From Chrysomallon squamiferum (lineage: Eukaryota; Animalia; Mollusca): a DNA stretch of 64,000 nt. The translations under genes and the position numbers were made by a program. The stretch covers positions 17,732,001 through 17,796,000 of the forward strand of contig CM022677.1 in the NCBI GenBank assembly GCA_012295275.1, in the 5' to 3' direction. Positions within the stretch are counted from its first letter, which is position 1. Every line of letters starts with the position of its first letter. Under the pieces are notes generated by a model. The model was not told the DNA's origin. It ran no database searches and was given only the letters and a program-made list of their open reading frames with translations. Shown one piece after another: positions 37,950 to 51,373 of the stretch.

Positions 37950-38373
37950 GTTGTACTGATTTAGTATTACATTAGATTAGTTTTATTTAAAGCTGTTTAT
38001 CAAATACACTGATAAGATATCAAACGTTTGACAGACACACTTGAACCACAGTGAATCTCTTTAATCTATTTTTAACAACGTAAGTAAACTGATATCTGGG
38101 GGAAAAAAGTAACAATAAGAATAGTAACAAACCTTACTTTTTATTGCACATTTTTTTTATTTCTTTATTTCTTTATTATTTTACTTTTATTTCTTTATTT
38201 ATTTCTTTATTTCTTTATTTTTTGTATTTTCATTTGATATAATTCCCACGTTGACGTATCCCAAGGTCTCACTAAATGAACAGTGATCCGCCATTTTACT
38301 CTGTTACAGGAATCACACCAACACGTGCACCAGATCGCCCCCAAGAACCACATGAGTCGCCCGCAGAGCTGTT

Positions 38374-38860
38374 CCTGAAACATTTAAACAACTACTGAGA
38401 TAAACAGAATCAAAGTTTGAATACTGATCTTATCTGTGTCAGACTTTACTATCCTGAAACATTTAAACAACTACTGAGATAAACAGAATCAAAGTTTGAA
38501 TACTGATCTTATCTGTGTCAGACTTTACTATCCTGAAACATTTAAACAACTACTGAGATAAACAGAATCAAAGTTTGAATACTGATCTTATCTGTATCCG
38601 ACTTTGTTATTCTGAAACATTTAAACAACTACTGAGATAAACAGAATCAAAGTTTGAATACTGATCTTATCTGTATCCGACTTTGTTATCCTGAAACATT
38701 TAAACAACTACTGAGATAAACAGAATCAAAGTTTGAATACTGATCTTATCTGTATCAGACTTTGTTATCCTGAAACATTTAAACAACTACTGAGATAAAC
38801 AGAATCAAAGTTTGAATACTGATCTTATCTGTATCCTATCTTGTAATTCTGAAACATCAT
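38374..38860. repeat. 79-bp minisatellite, about 6 copies
   Basis: Unit CCTGAAACATTTAAACAACTACTGAGATAAACAGAATCAAAGTTTGAATACTGATCTTATCTGTRTCMGACTTTRYTAT, starting at 38374, 38453, 38532 and onward. Confidence 0.92.
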
Positions 38861-39880
38861 AAACATGATCATCGTCATCAAACAGATGGGTATTTTTAAT
38901 AATAATATACAACGAAAGATAAACTGAACAAAGTTTTTTAGTTCAGAAGAGGGTATCAGACTGATAGCCCCTAACTCTGTGCCTGTCAAGTAACTCTCAT
39001 GTTGAAAAGGCATGATAGCCCTGATCTATTATTAGTCACACAGGAAATCCACAGCAGGAAAGCAAAGAAAAAAGTAATAAAAATGATTTCCTTTGTACGA
39101 CTTTCTATTAGTCAGAAAACAGTCGCAAGGAAAAAGCAAAGCAATAATCACAGTTCGTAGTTTCAAAGAAATGAAAAAGTCAGTAGAGGTATTTCACATT
39201 CCACTGCGCATGTGCCCGTTGCTTGGATAAGTCGAGAGATCTCTCCAAAACAGTCCTACTTGTAAACTGATAGGCAAAAGCAAACATGCTGTAATGGGAG
39301 ACCATGACACGCTGGATAACAGCATTTATATTGTGACTCGTGATATAAATTTAAAATTACGATTCTTCTACTGCTTCTATTCAAAACTTTAATTTCTGAT
39401 GTCTGTAACTTATTATATAAATATATTTAGTTTCTGGTCTATTACACTAATGGCAGTTCTAAAAATAAGTGTTACATCTTTAAAGCTGTCTTCTCTATTT
39501 TACTTTGATAAAGTTTTGTGAAAATGTCTCGCTGCCAAAGTGAGGCCCTTTTAGTATGTAAATGTGTGTGCGTGTGTGCACGCATACCACATGCAGTCAC
39601 GCCTAGTCTAGTTTCACATGTTGACTGTCATATAAAAATTTCAGAAAGGACTAAGTCTACTGTTTCTAAAACTAACTGGCAAAGTGCGAAATCTGATCCG
39701 AATCACTGGGTGCATAGAATGACTTTGCACAATAACTTTGACAATGACATTGAGTTTATTCTCATAGACTACAGGATTACAGTACAGAGAAGAATGTATT
39801 ATAGCTAATAAAAAAAACACTGGTTGGATAGACGATATCGTGTATAAACATTTCACATAGGGAAGAAAAATGAGAGAGAA

Positions 39881-39966
<86 letters not shown>

Positions 39967-39970
39967 TTGG

Positions 39971-40078
<108 letters not shown>

Positions 40079-40840
40079 TGGAGGGACGGAGGGATAGAGA
40101 GTGAGAGAAAGACAGAGAGAGACAGAGAAGGACAGAGAGAGACAGAGAGAGACAGAGAAAGTGTGATAGAGACAGAAAGAGAGAGGGGGAGAGACACAGA
40201 GAGAAACAGAGAGAGATAGACAGAGAGACAGAGACATAGAGGGAGAGGGGGAGAGAGGGACAGAGAGAGACAGAGAGGGACAGAAACAGAGACAGAGAGA
40301 AACAGAGAGACACGGAGACAGAGAGAGGCAGAGATTAGATATTAGAGAGTGAGACAGACAGTGAGACAGAGAGGGACATACAGAGAGAGAGAGGGGGAGA
40401 GAGAGACAGAGAGAGATAGATGGTAAGAGAGAGACAGAGAGAGACAGAGAGAGAGGGAGAGCGTTGTTCTCATTTAGTTTTAAATTATGTTAGTTTATGT
40501 TAATATCTTTAATACACTGGGTATACACTGATAATATCAGATATCAGACATTTCACCTTTGAACCACAGTAGATGTCAGTAATCTATTTTTAGCTCGTTG
40601 GGTAATTTGCATGTTGGAAAATGATCCGTCATATTACTGTATTATTAGAGTCGTGACGAAACATTAAATGAACAATCACAGTTCTCAGTTTCTACTGCGG
40701 GTGTGTCCCTTGCTGTGAAAATAGCGAGATCTCGTCTTAATATCACAACTTGGTGGCAAAAGCTATCAAGCTGTAATGGGAGGCCATGACATATTGCATG
40801 TATGCGTCTCTGTCTATATACATATATGTGTGTGTGTGTG

Positions 40841-40945
<105 letters not shown>

Positions 40946-41379
40946 GTACTGGTTTAGTATTAGATTAGATTAGTTTTATTTAAAGTTGTTTACTAATCTG
41001 AGTTTATCATATACACTGATAAGATATCAAACCTTTGACAGACGCACTTGAACCACAGCAAATCTCAGTAATCTATTTTTAGCAACGTAAGCAAACTGCT
41101 ATCTGGGGGGGAATTAATAATAACAAACCTTACTTATTATGACACATTTTATTATTTCTTGATTTTATTTTATTTTATTCTATTTTATTTTATTTTATTT
41201 TATTTTTGTTTTATTTTATTTCTATTTTTTTTTTCGTTTGATATAATCCCCACGTTTTGACGTGTCCCAAGGTCTCACTAAATGAACAGTGATCCGCCAT
41301 TTTACTCTGTTACAGGAATCACACCAACACGTGCACCAGGTCATTCCCAAGAACCACATGAGTCTCCCGCAGAGCTGTT

Positions 41380-41768
41380 CCTGAAACATTTAAACAACTA
41401 CTGAGAGAAACAGAATCAAAGTTCGAATACTGATCTTATCTGTATCCGACTTTGTTATTCTGAAACATTTAAACAACTACTGAGATAAACAGAATCAAAG
41501 TTTGAATACTGATCTTATCTGTATCTGACTTTGTTATTCTGAAACATTTAAACAACTACTGAGATAAACAGAATCAAAGTTTGAATACTGATCTTATCTG
41601 TATCCGACTTTGTTATTCTGAAACATTTAAACAGCTACTGAGATAAACAGAATCAAAGTTTGAATACTGATCTTATCTGTATCTGACTTTGTTATTCTGA
41701 AACATTTAAACAGCTACTGAGATAAACAGAATCAAAGTTTGAATACTGATCTTATCTGTATCCGACCT
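41380..41768. repeat. Second array of the same 79-bp minisatellite, about 5 copies, about 320 bp upstream of the TNF copy 2 ATG
   Basis: Same unit. The flanking 40945-41380 also duplicates 37950-38374. Confidence 0.92.
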
Positions 41769-42089
41769 CGAAAACGAAAGCCGATAGAGGTGTGTAATAT
41801 TCCACTCTGCATGTGCCATTTGCAGGGTAAATCGATACAGACCTATATCTATTGTCTCTTAATAAGATTCACACATTGTACACGATGATATCGTGTTTAA
41901 ACAATTTCATTGGTCAGAAACCGTATTATGATTGACAGATGTCATCCCATTCACAGATCTTATAGGACGGTGTGTGAAGTTTAATCATTTCATTAGTCGC
42001 AAAACGTCTTAAAGGAAACATCAAACAAACATTTCTCAGTTCGCAGTTTGTATCTGAGCGATATACAAGTTTTCTGAGACAGAAAAGAA

Positions 42090-44079
42090 ATGGATCACAA
42101 CAACGAAAGTTTGATGCAAAAGAAAGAAGTGAAACAGAGAGAAAGGTGTAATCCAGGTAGCAGTGACGAGCCACTCATCAAACCAAATGGAGAAGCAAAT
42201 TTAGACAAAGAAAAAGACACAGAAAAAGAGAAAAACAAATTCTGGACAGAGGTCATTGTCCTTTTTCTTTTCATCGACATCTTTCTGGTGATCGTTATAT
42301 CTCTAACTTTCACTACACCACGGGTGCAGCCAGAACGTCAAACCGTTGTGCAATGGGACGACGACGTCTGCTTTCCGTGCAAAGATGTTTATCTCACCGA
42401 CGATGACAAAACTGACAACATCTACGACTTCGACGTTCGAGAAGATGGAAATATCTGCTGTGCTGGTCGTGAGCGAAACCTGATCGACATCGTAACAAAG
42501 GTTTTTATTATTATTATTATTATTATTACTATTATTATTATTGTTATGCTTGTTGTTGGTGTTGTTGATGATGTATGTATGTATGTTCTTACATATCAAC
42601 CAAAATATGTTGATTCTTTTCTACAATTCTATTTATTCGCAGTTTGCAATAACACAGTACCAGCAAGAGAGAGCCAAAAGTGAGTAGTAAATCATTCTTA
42701 ATATACAATAATATTCTTAATACATTAAAAAAAAAACTGACATTTGTGACATACACACACACACAAACACACAGTATTTATATACATACATATCTAATAA
42801 ACAAAGAAAAACCCCAGAAAACACACAGGTATGTGTTAAACTATATATTCAGGCTCCGACAGTAAGGCACGTCTGAACGACATTGTCTAGTAAACGACTG
42901 GTTCGGTCTAATCACAACTATTTCTAACTTGGTCGTGTTAATAATGTCTGAATGTGAATTAATTTGCTATCCAGTGATCCTACAAACTTTAATATATTCT
43001 ATTTTTATTCATCGGAAGATTGACGAAATATGAAACGATCGACGCGGTTATTCCAGGTTCTATAAATAGACATGTTAAGCGCAGTGAGCAGTGAATAACT
43101 AAACAATCCCGACTTCGTGCTAACCGCTGACTAATATTGAAATTTTTGTGGAGGCGGGATTCGTTACAACTCGGTCGATTCCGTACCTCGTTATACAGTC
43201 GGAACATTTCGTACATTTCTTTGAAATATAAGCGTAGCGGAATGTGACGAGGTGTTCCGACTGACCGGAATCGGCCGAGATATTTTCAATATAGAGTGAA
43301 CGTGTGGTCAATGTTGCAAAAACATTAACATCGAAATATATATATATCAATTTTTTTCTTTAGATTCTGAATTGAGTTTTCATGGGGAGAGTGACCGTTC
43401 AGCCCATCTACGCGAAATTGACTGGGTGAGGTCAGGTGAGGTCAAAGTTCATCTAAGGTTAAAGAGTAATGAATTATTAAAGTATTAAATAACATTTTTA
43501 AATAACAGATGTGTTCATCTTGCTACCATATTAGCTATTTATTATAAAATAATAATAATAATAATAATAATAATAATTTATCAGTCTGTTTATTAGAAGT
43601 TCTAGCTTTAATGTGGATGTGGAGCTGTGTATGAGAGATAGAGAGAAAGACAGAGTTTGCTAAACAATTATTATTATTATTATTTTGCAGAAGGACAAAC
43701 TATACTCCATTGGAAACAAGACTCTGCGTTCATTGGGAAGAAGATGATGTACAAAGATGGCCTCATTCAAGTAGAAACGCCTGGCACGTGTTTTATTTAC
43801 GCTCATCTTGTTTTCGTGAACAACCAAACACAAGACGACGCCACTTCTGCTCATTCCATCTGGCTTAGAAATGGGGGAAAACACGAAGAGAAATTACTCC
43901 AACTTTACAACTCTCAAGTTGCTTTGCCATCACCAGAGACAGCAGGGTTTACTCCCACTTACCAAGGCGCGCTGTTTGAACTGAAAGCAGATGACAGTAT
44001 TGAACTGCGCGTGCAGAACCCTAGAAATCTTCAAAAGGACAAAAACAAACACAACTTCGGAATTTATTGTTTTCAGTAA
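42090..44079 (+). CDS. TNF-superfamily ligand, type II membrane, about 302 aa, copy 2. Exons 42090-42500, 42643-42679, 43364-43435, 43691-44079
   Basis: Same exon sizes and phases as copy 1. Canonical strand A 'SAHL' and C-terminal 'HNFGIYCFQ'. Introns and flanks are homologous to copy 1. Confidence 0.9.
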
Positions 44080-44625
44080 TGTTCTGTATCTAACAAGTAG
44101 AGATGTCCTGATTTAGTAAAAGAAAATGAATAAACACGAAACACAAACTTACAAATGATAGACATAACTTTCAGTTAGAGAACGTTGATCTCTTGTACAT
44201 TTTTTCTATATAATAATAATAATAATAATAATAGTAATAATAGTAGTAGTAGTAGTAGTAGTAGTAGTAACAATGTAATTAGTTCTATTTTTAAATAAAT
44301 GATACAAATGATTACAGATAGATTATTAATGTGCCAGTTGTCCAAGTGTCAGAAATAGATAAACATCAAATCACACCTGTTAATCTGGTGTTAGCTAGAG
44401 GTTAATGTTCTTCTACAAAATACAACAGAACGCACGCTGAAATGAATTGTTTTTGTTAAAGATTGCTTTCAACACACTGGGTTTGGATGGAACTGATAAG
44501 TTAATGTTAACATTGCTATATAAGAAATTAGCTAATATTAAAACCCTTTAATTTGAAACCTCGTCTTGTTTCTTTATTCCTTAGACACGTGATTTTATGT
44601 AGTGAGTACCTAGCAGGTTACGTGC

Positions 44626-44683
<58 letters not shown>

Positions 44684-45241
44684 CATTTGTAAGTATTATG
44701 TATGTGTGTATATGTGTATGTGTGTATGTATGAACGTATGTACGTATGTGTATGTGTGTGTATGTATGTATGTATGTATTGAATTATTATAACCATTATT
44801 TCGGAGAATAATTGTTAGACTGAGATCAGACTGAACAATGTAATATCAAGTTATTAACTCTAAAACACTGAGTGAGAATATCGAGGTATCTGAGGTCAAC
44901 ACTAGAAGTAGTTTCAAGCAGAGATAACACAGTAGTGACGTTATCAACTGATTGTGACGTCAACGTCCTGCTAAGCAGAAAGTGATTTGCATATTCAAAT
45001 ACTTACTGAGGTGTACTATTTTACCTTCAGTGATAAACATATTTAATGTCCCCCGTATGTTCACTTATGTAGTGAGGGGAAGTTTCTGGCATAAAACTGT
45101 TTGTAAATAACTACTAACAGATCACGTGATAGTGGACTAGTAGCATTATTGATGTTTATAGATTCTTAATTCCTTGTCATATGAAAACAGGATTTAAACT
45201 GCAGATGTAACACACACACACACACCTACACACAAACATAT

Positions 45242-45303
<62 letters not shown>

Positions 45304-45467
45304 ATAAGATATCAAACCTTTGACAGACACATTTGAACCACCTCAAATCTCAGTAATCTATTTTTAGCTGGGTGGGTAAACTACAACTGATTTCAGGGGC
45401 AAAAAAAAAAAAAAATCATAATAATAATCCTTATTACAAAATTAAATTAATGAATAAATAAATGTAA

Positions 45468-45504
<37 letters not shown>

Positions 45505-45792
45505 GTAATAATAATAATAATAATTAATAAATAAATAAATAAAATTGAAAAAAAAATAAAAATAATTTTTAAAAACAAGAATTATAAATGGGATACAGAT
45601 TTATGAAATAAATAGAAACGGACATTTACAAAGTAAAATAAAAACATAATAATTAAAAAAAGAAAGAAAAACAAACACGTATTAAACGTTGTTACAAAAA
45701 CATCTGCACTATTTATTCTTGATCCAGCTCTCTGAATCAAACATTTTCCCACTGAACATTAAAGTACGCCTTTCTTGGACAATAAAATAGTG

Positions 45793-46021
45793 TTATATAT
45801 CAGTAGTAGCAAGACCTCGAAGATGATACAGCTCTTCCTGCATGGCGCACGTGAAAGCGTAATCAATGACTTGTCGGCTGCAGGAATGACACGATCTGGT
45901 GACGTCATTCTCACACACCGTCACTTTGCAGTTGTTAGCTAAAAATAGAAATGAACTCATTTATATTATATTTGCCTTTTATCCTATATGTACGAAATGG
46001 TATTATTAATATTATTTTGTT

Positions 46022-46057
<36 letters not shown>

Positions 46058-46800
46058 TTATTATTTATTTATTCATTTATTGATTTGTTATTTTTTATTA
46101 TTATTAACATTTTTTTTTTAATTGTTACTGTTCTTACTTTTCTGTGGCTTTGTAAACTGGGAGCCAAAATGAAAGTATTTTATCTGTTTTATTCTTAACT
46201 TATTTTATATGCACGATATATCTTCGTGACAAGATTTGAATGCAAATTGATACCAGAATTATAAATAACTCTAATTCATGTACTTTTTTTTTATTATCTT
46301 TTACCTTATATGGAATGATTTATGAATTTGTATGTCTGATTTTAATATGTGGTTATTTGGTATTGTAGAATGGCGTCCGTATTCAGGTGTATTGTGTGTA
46401 TGCACGTGTTTACTTGCAATATGTCTTATTAGAAAGAGTGTGTGTGTATATATACAATCGTATATGTTAATGAATGAATGTGTGTCTGTGTGTGTATATA
46501 TATATATATATATGAGAAGAGCTTACGAAAAATGTATGTGTGTATATATATGTATGTGTGTGTATATGTATGTATGCATGTATCTATATATATTTATTTA
46601 TGTCTGTGTATCTGTATGTGTCTGGGTGTGTGTTTGTATGTGTGTGTGTGTCTTTGTATGTGTGTGATGGATATATTTAAACTTACGAAAAATGAATCTT
46701 TTATTAAAATGAACCCGACATTTGCCTAAATGATAAAACAGCTTTATTGTCGAATGAGGAACAGTCACCTAAAATATAAAATAAGTATTTTAATTATTAC

Positions 46801-46868
<68 letters not shown>

Positions 46869-47245
46869 AATATAAAAATGTTTTTCTTAATTCTTATTAC
46901 TTTCAATTACATCTGTTCCGAGTTATGACGGAGTTTACCGAATTAATATTTGAAGCTTCGGTGAATCACTTACATTTCCGGAAGGGTGTCGGGAAAGTTC
47001 GTCTTTTCCGATGCCTCTAATGATTCCTTCTGTTAGGTCAAGCAAATCCACGCCAATTATTGGCGCAAAAAATGGGTCAACGCTTACTGCCACACCCAGA
47101 CAAGTAAACAGGATTACTAATACGCCAAAATAAATAAATAAATAAATAAATATATAAATATATAAATAAAATAAATAAATAAATAAATAAATAAATAAAT
47201 TATATAAAAAATTTGATATATAAAAGTAATTTGTCAGAAAAGAAT

Positions 47246-47282
<37 letters not shown>

Positions 47283-47739
47283 CATACATACATATATATA
47301 CATATACACATACACATATAAATACAAATACACCTATGCCCACTCAAAAAACTGATGATTAATTAAATTAATACATAAAATTAATAAACAAGACAATAAA
47401 TAAATGAAAAGCACAAAACAACATATAGTTAACAAATTTTAAAGACAAATATTGAAAATGGGATACACACTTATTAAATAAAAACAGACGGACATTTTGA
47501 AAGATAAACAGTAATAATAATAATAATAATAATAATAATATCACGTATTAAACGTGATTACCTGCTCATTGTAATTTTTCCCACTGATCATTTAAGTACG
47601 CCTTTCTTGGACACACAAGGCAGTAAAATATCATGTATATGAAATACAACTACAACGACAACAAAGGAACCAAAAAAAAAAATATAAAAAAAAATATAAA
47701 CAAAATAACTCAATACTAGAAGAGCTTACCTATTTTCAT
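45793..47739 (-). CDS. Secreted six-cysteine protein B, ALF-like, about 126 aa. Exons 47739-47730, 47116-46974, 46768-46687, 45938-45793
   Basis: Spliced product: MKIVILFTCLGVAVS-VDPFFAPIIGVDLLDLTEGIIRGIGKDELSRHPSGNVTVPHSTIKLFYHLGKCRVHFNKRFIFPNNCKVTVCENDVTRSCHSCSRQVIDYAFTCAMQEELYHLRGLATTDI. GT-AG introns with phases 1, 0, 1 are identical to paralogue A. AATAAA on the minus strand at about 45712-45717. Confidence 0.8.
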
Positions 47740-48805
47740 GTTTACGTTGTTCTTCGTTTTCAGGACAAGGTCATGGTAAAGGTCATTTTCTTATCTACCC
47801 TTGCTATACATTTTTATCTATGTATGTCGTCTCCAACAAAAAAACCATGGAAACAAGAATAATCTGGATCAGGTGTACAAAAATATATCTGAGATATATT
47901 TGTTTTAAATGCATCTTAAAAATATTTATTATCAGTATTATTATTAGTAGTAGTAATAGTATAGTAGTAGTAGTAGTATTGTTCTTGATGGTGTTGTTGT
48001 TGTTATTATTGTTGCTGCTACTGCTGTTGTAACTATTACTACTACTACAAATTTTACTCTATTACTATTCTATTTTTTTTTTTTCTCTTGTTGTTCTGTT
48101 ATTATTTTAATGTTGTTTTAGTTGCTGCATCTGTTGTTTTTCCTTCTTCTTCTTCTTCTTCTTCTTCTTTTTTATTATTATTACTACTACTTCCACTACT
48201 ACAACAACAACCACTATTACTACTGCTGCCATTGTCATTATTATTGTTGCGGTAGTTGATAATATTAATATTACTACTACCTCTACCACTACTACTACTA
48301 TTTCTGTTACTGCTACTACTACTACTACTACTACTACTATTATTATTATTATAAACTTATTGCACTTGTAACATTTATCGGAGATATAGGTCATATTAAA
48401 AAAAAGTTGGTCATGATAACGATATCACTTTTATTTTACTTTTCTTTTTAATCTTTTCTTTTTTTCTTTCACCATATTGCAAAATGGCTACTTTTGTGAA
48501 AAATAGCATGTGTCTGAATATTATCATTCGAAAATTTGAAAATAAAAATAAATAAATAAATAAAATAAAATAAAATCAACCTCTTTTTACCTGTGTGTGG
48601 GCGTATGTGTGCGACCGTTTGTTTGTTTTAATCTCACTTTGACTTTCTTTCTGTTTCGTTTGAAATTTTTTGTTTTATAATTTGACGATTGTTTTTCTTT
48701 CAAATTTCTTTTCACCGTTTATCTAAAACCTTGACATTCCACTTTTACTTTGTAACTTTATTTATTTATTTATTTATTTATTTATTTGTTTGTTTGTTTG
48801 TTTGT

Positions 48806-48836
<31 letters not shown>

Positions 48837-49069
48837 TTTGTTTGTTTGTTTGTGTGTTTGTTTCTTTGTTTGTTTTTTTGTTTGTATACTTACTTACTTA
48901 CTTATTTTACATTTTATTTTTTCTTTGTTTTCCCTGACTATTTTTCCAAGCACTATTTAAGGTATATTTTTACCTTTTTCTATTGAATTTTTATTCCATG
49001 TTATTTATGACCTACTTCTGTACATTTTTATCTTTTGTTTCTTTCCTTTGAATTGATAACTTAGTATGA

Positions 49070-49649
49070 AGTAGTAGCAGCAGCAGTAATAGTAGTGGTA
49101 GCAGTGATGACAGTAATAACAGCAGTGGTATTAGTAGTAACAGATGGTAGTAGTAGTAGTGATAGTAATGCCAGTAATAATAACAGTAGTAGTATAGTAA
49201 ATGCCAGTAATAATAGTAGTAACAGTAGTAGTAAATGGTATTAGTAATAGTAGTAACAGTTACAGCAGTACCAGTAGTAGTAATGGTAATAGTAATGGCA
49301 GTAGTAGTAATAGTATTGCAGTAGTAGTAATAGTGTTGCAGTAGTAGTAAAAGTAGTAGTAATAGTAGTAATAGTAAACCTACTAGTGATAACTGTGGTA
49401 GTAGTAATAATAGCAGTGGTGTTAGTAATACTAATTGTAACAGTAGTAGTAGGAGCAGCAGTACTAGTAAGGACAGTAGTAGTAAGGACAGTAGTAGTAG
49501 TATTAGCAGTAGTAATGATAGTAGTAATAGTAGTAATGAAAGAATAGTAGCAATAGTATTAGCAGTGTTAGTACTAGTCGTAGATGCAGTAGTAACAGTA
49601 GTTTAGTAACAGCAGCAGCAGTAGTAACAGCAATATCAGAAGTAGTAGT

Positions 49650-49689
<40 letters not shown>

Positions 49690-49690
49690 T
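49070..49690. repeat. Degenerate (AGT)n/(AGC)n trinucleotide tract
   Basis: Directly visible. Confidence 0.85.
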
Positions 49691-49854
49691 TTGTACTATC
49701 AGTTTTTGTAGAAGTAGTAATAAAAAAAAAATTTTTTTTTTTTTAAATAAGCCCACTGGAAAATATTTCAACAGGAATATGCTAACTGCAACGTAAATGT
49801 AACACAGAACAAGACGTATTTTCAAGCATGTTCTCTGTTTATTTTTGAAGATAT

Positions 49855-50688
49855 TTATTTGCCCTTGGCCAGAGCCTGGAGGTGGGTGACCTCGGCGTTC
49901 ATGGCGCACTTGAGAGCGTCCGCTTGGTGATGTTTGGTGCAGCTCTGGCACGTCTTGCTGATGGCGTGTTCACAGACGGTGGCTTTGCATCTTTCGATAC
50001 CTGTGAGAGAAATAAACAAATAAGTAAATAAATAAATAGGTAAGTAAATAAGTAAACAAGTAAATGTGTAGATAAGTAAAGAAATAAATGTGTAGATAAG
50101 TAAATAAATAAATGTGTAAATAAATAAATAAAAATAAATAAATGTGTGTAGTAATAAATTTGTAAATAAGTAAATAAATAGGTAAATAAATAAGTAAATA
50201 AATAAATGTGTAGATAAATAGATAAATAAATAAATAAATAAATGTAAATAAATAAATAAATGTATAGATAGATAAATAAATAAATAAATATATAAACAAG
50301 TAAATAAGTAAATAAATAACTACATTAATAAATAGACTGGTAGATACAAGTTGTATTTAACAGCTGGTTTGAAAGTGAAGACGTCTAAGAATGTGGCAAA
50401 AAGGGAGCCGAAAATGAAAAAAAAAACTGAAATAATTTATTGTTGTAACTAACAGCCTGCGTTATTTTTAGTAACTGTAATAATAACAACAGCAACAACA
50501 ACAACAACAATAATAATAATAATGATAAAAATAATAAAGATAGTAATGATAATAATAAACGTTTCCTAGATATTGAGATTATGAGGATCGACACCCTCCT
50601 GTGACCCACTTTTGTAATACATCGTTCTAGATAATGCTTCGTTTACAATTTGTTTATAATAGGCAATAATATGTGTCACACACACACG

Positions 50689-50742
<54 letters not shown>

Positions 50743-51342
50743 AATACATACATTCATACATATATATATATATTTATTTATTTTAATATTACTATATATA
50801 TATATATATAATTTTAATCTTGGCCCGCAAGACTATAAACATATCCAGACTCCTAACTTCTATAACAAGAAAAGTTTAGAGACCGCACGGAGCGGCTCTA
50901 GGGCGTGTCTAGAGGGTGTGGCACTCACCGCTGATGAAGGCTCTTTTTCCGATGTGAAGGCTGCATTTGTGGATCTCGTAGTGCAGTTTAATTGTGGTCT
51001 TTGGGATAGTGATCTGAAAAAAACCCAAAAATTATAAATACAAATTTTATAAAAACAAATTCTTCCAGAAGATGTCAAGATTTCTCTAAACAATTCACTG
51101 GGTCCTCGTTATTTGATCGTTTCAGTCTATTTCCCGTTCCAACCCGACATTAGTTTTTACAAGATAGATTGTGACGTGTGAAGTACAAGTTTATCACTCA
51201 TCAGTGATAGAAAAAAAAAAAAAAAAGAGATTCGGGTTTCTTTTCTAGTCGAAGATTTATTTAATGACGTCACCAGTTAATGACAGATATGAAATTGTTG
51301 TTGGTTTTTTTTTTGGTTTTTTTTTAAATAATTATTTTTAAA

Positions 51343-51373
<31 letters not shown>

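Noticed and set aside
38374-38860. 79-bp and 50-bp regular arrays as CRISPR arrays
   Set aside because: Head-to-tail repeats without unique spacers, no cas genes, and eukaryotic intron-exon context.
47560-47570. ATGAGCAG|GTAATC as first exon of secreted protein B
   Set aside because: Phase 2 would need a GG acceptor. The ATGAAAATAG|GTAAGC exon at 47739-47730 matches paralogue A (MKI, phase 1) and the 19.96-kb copy.
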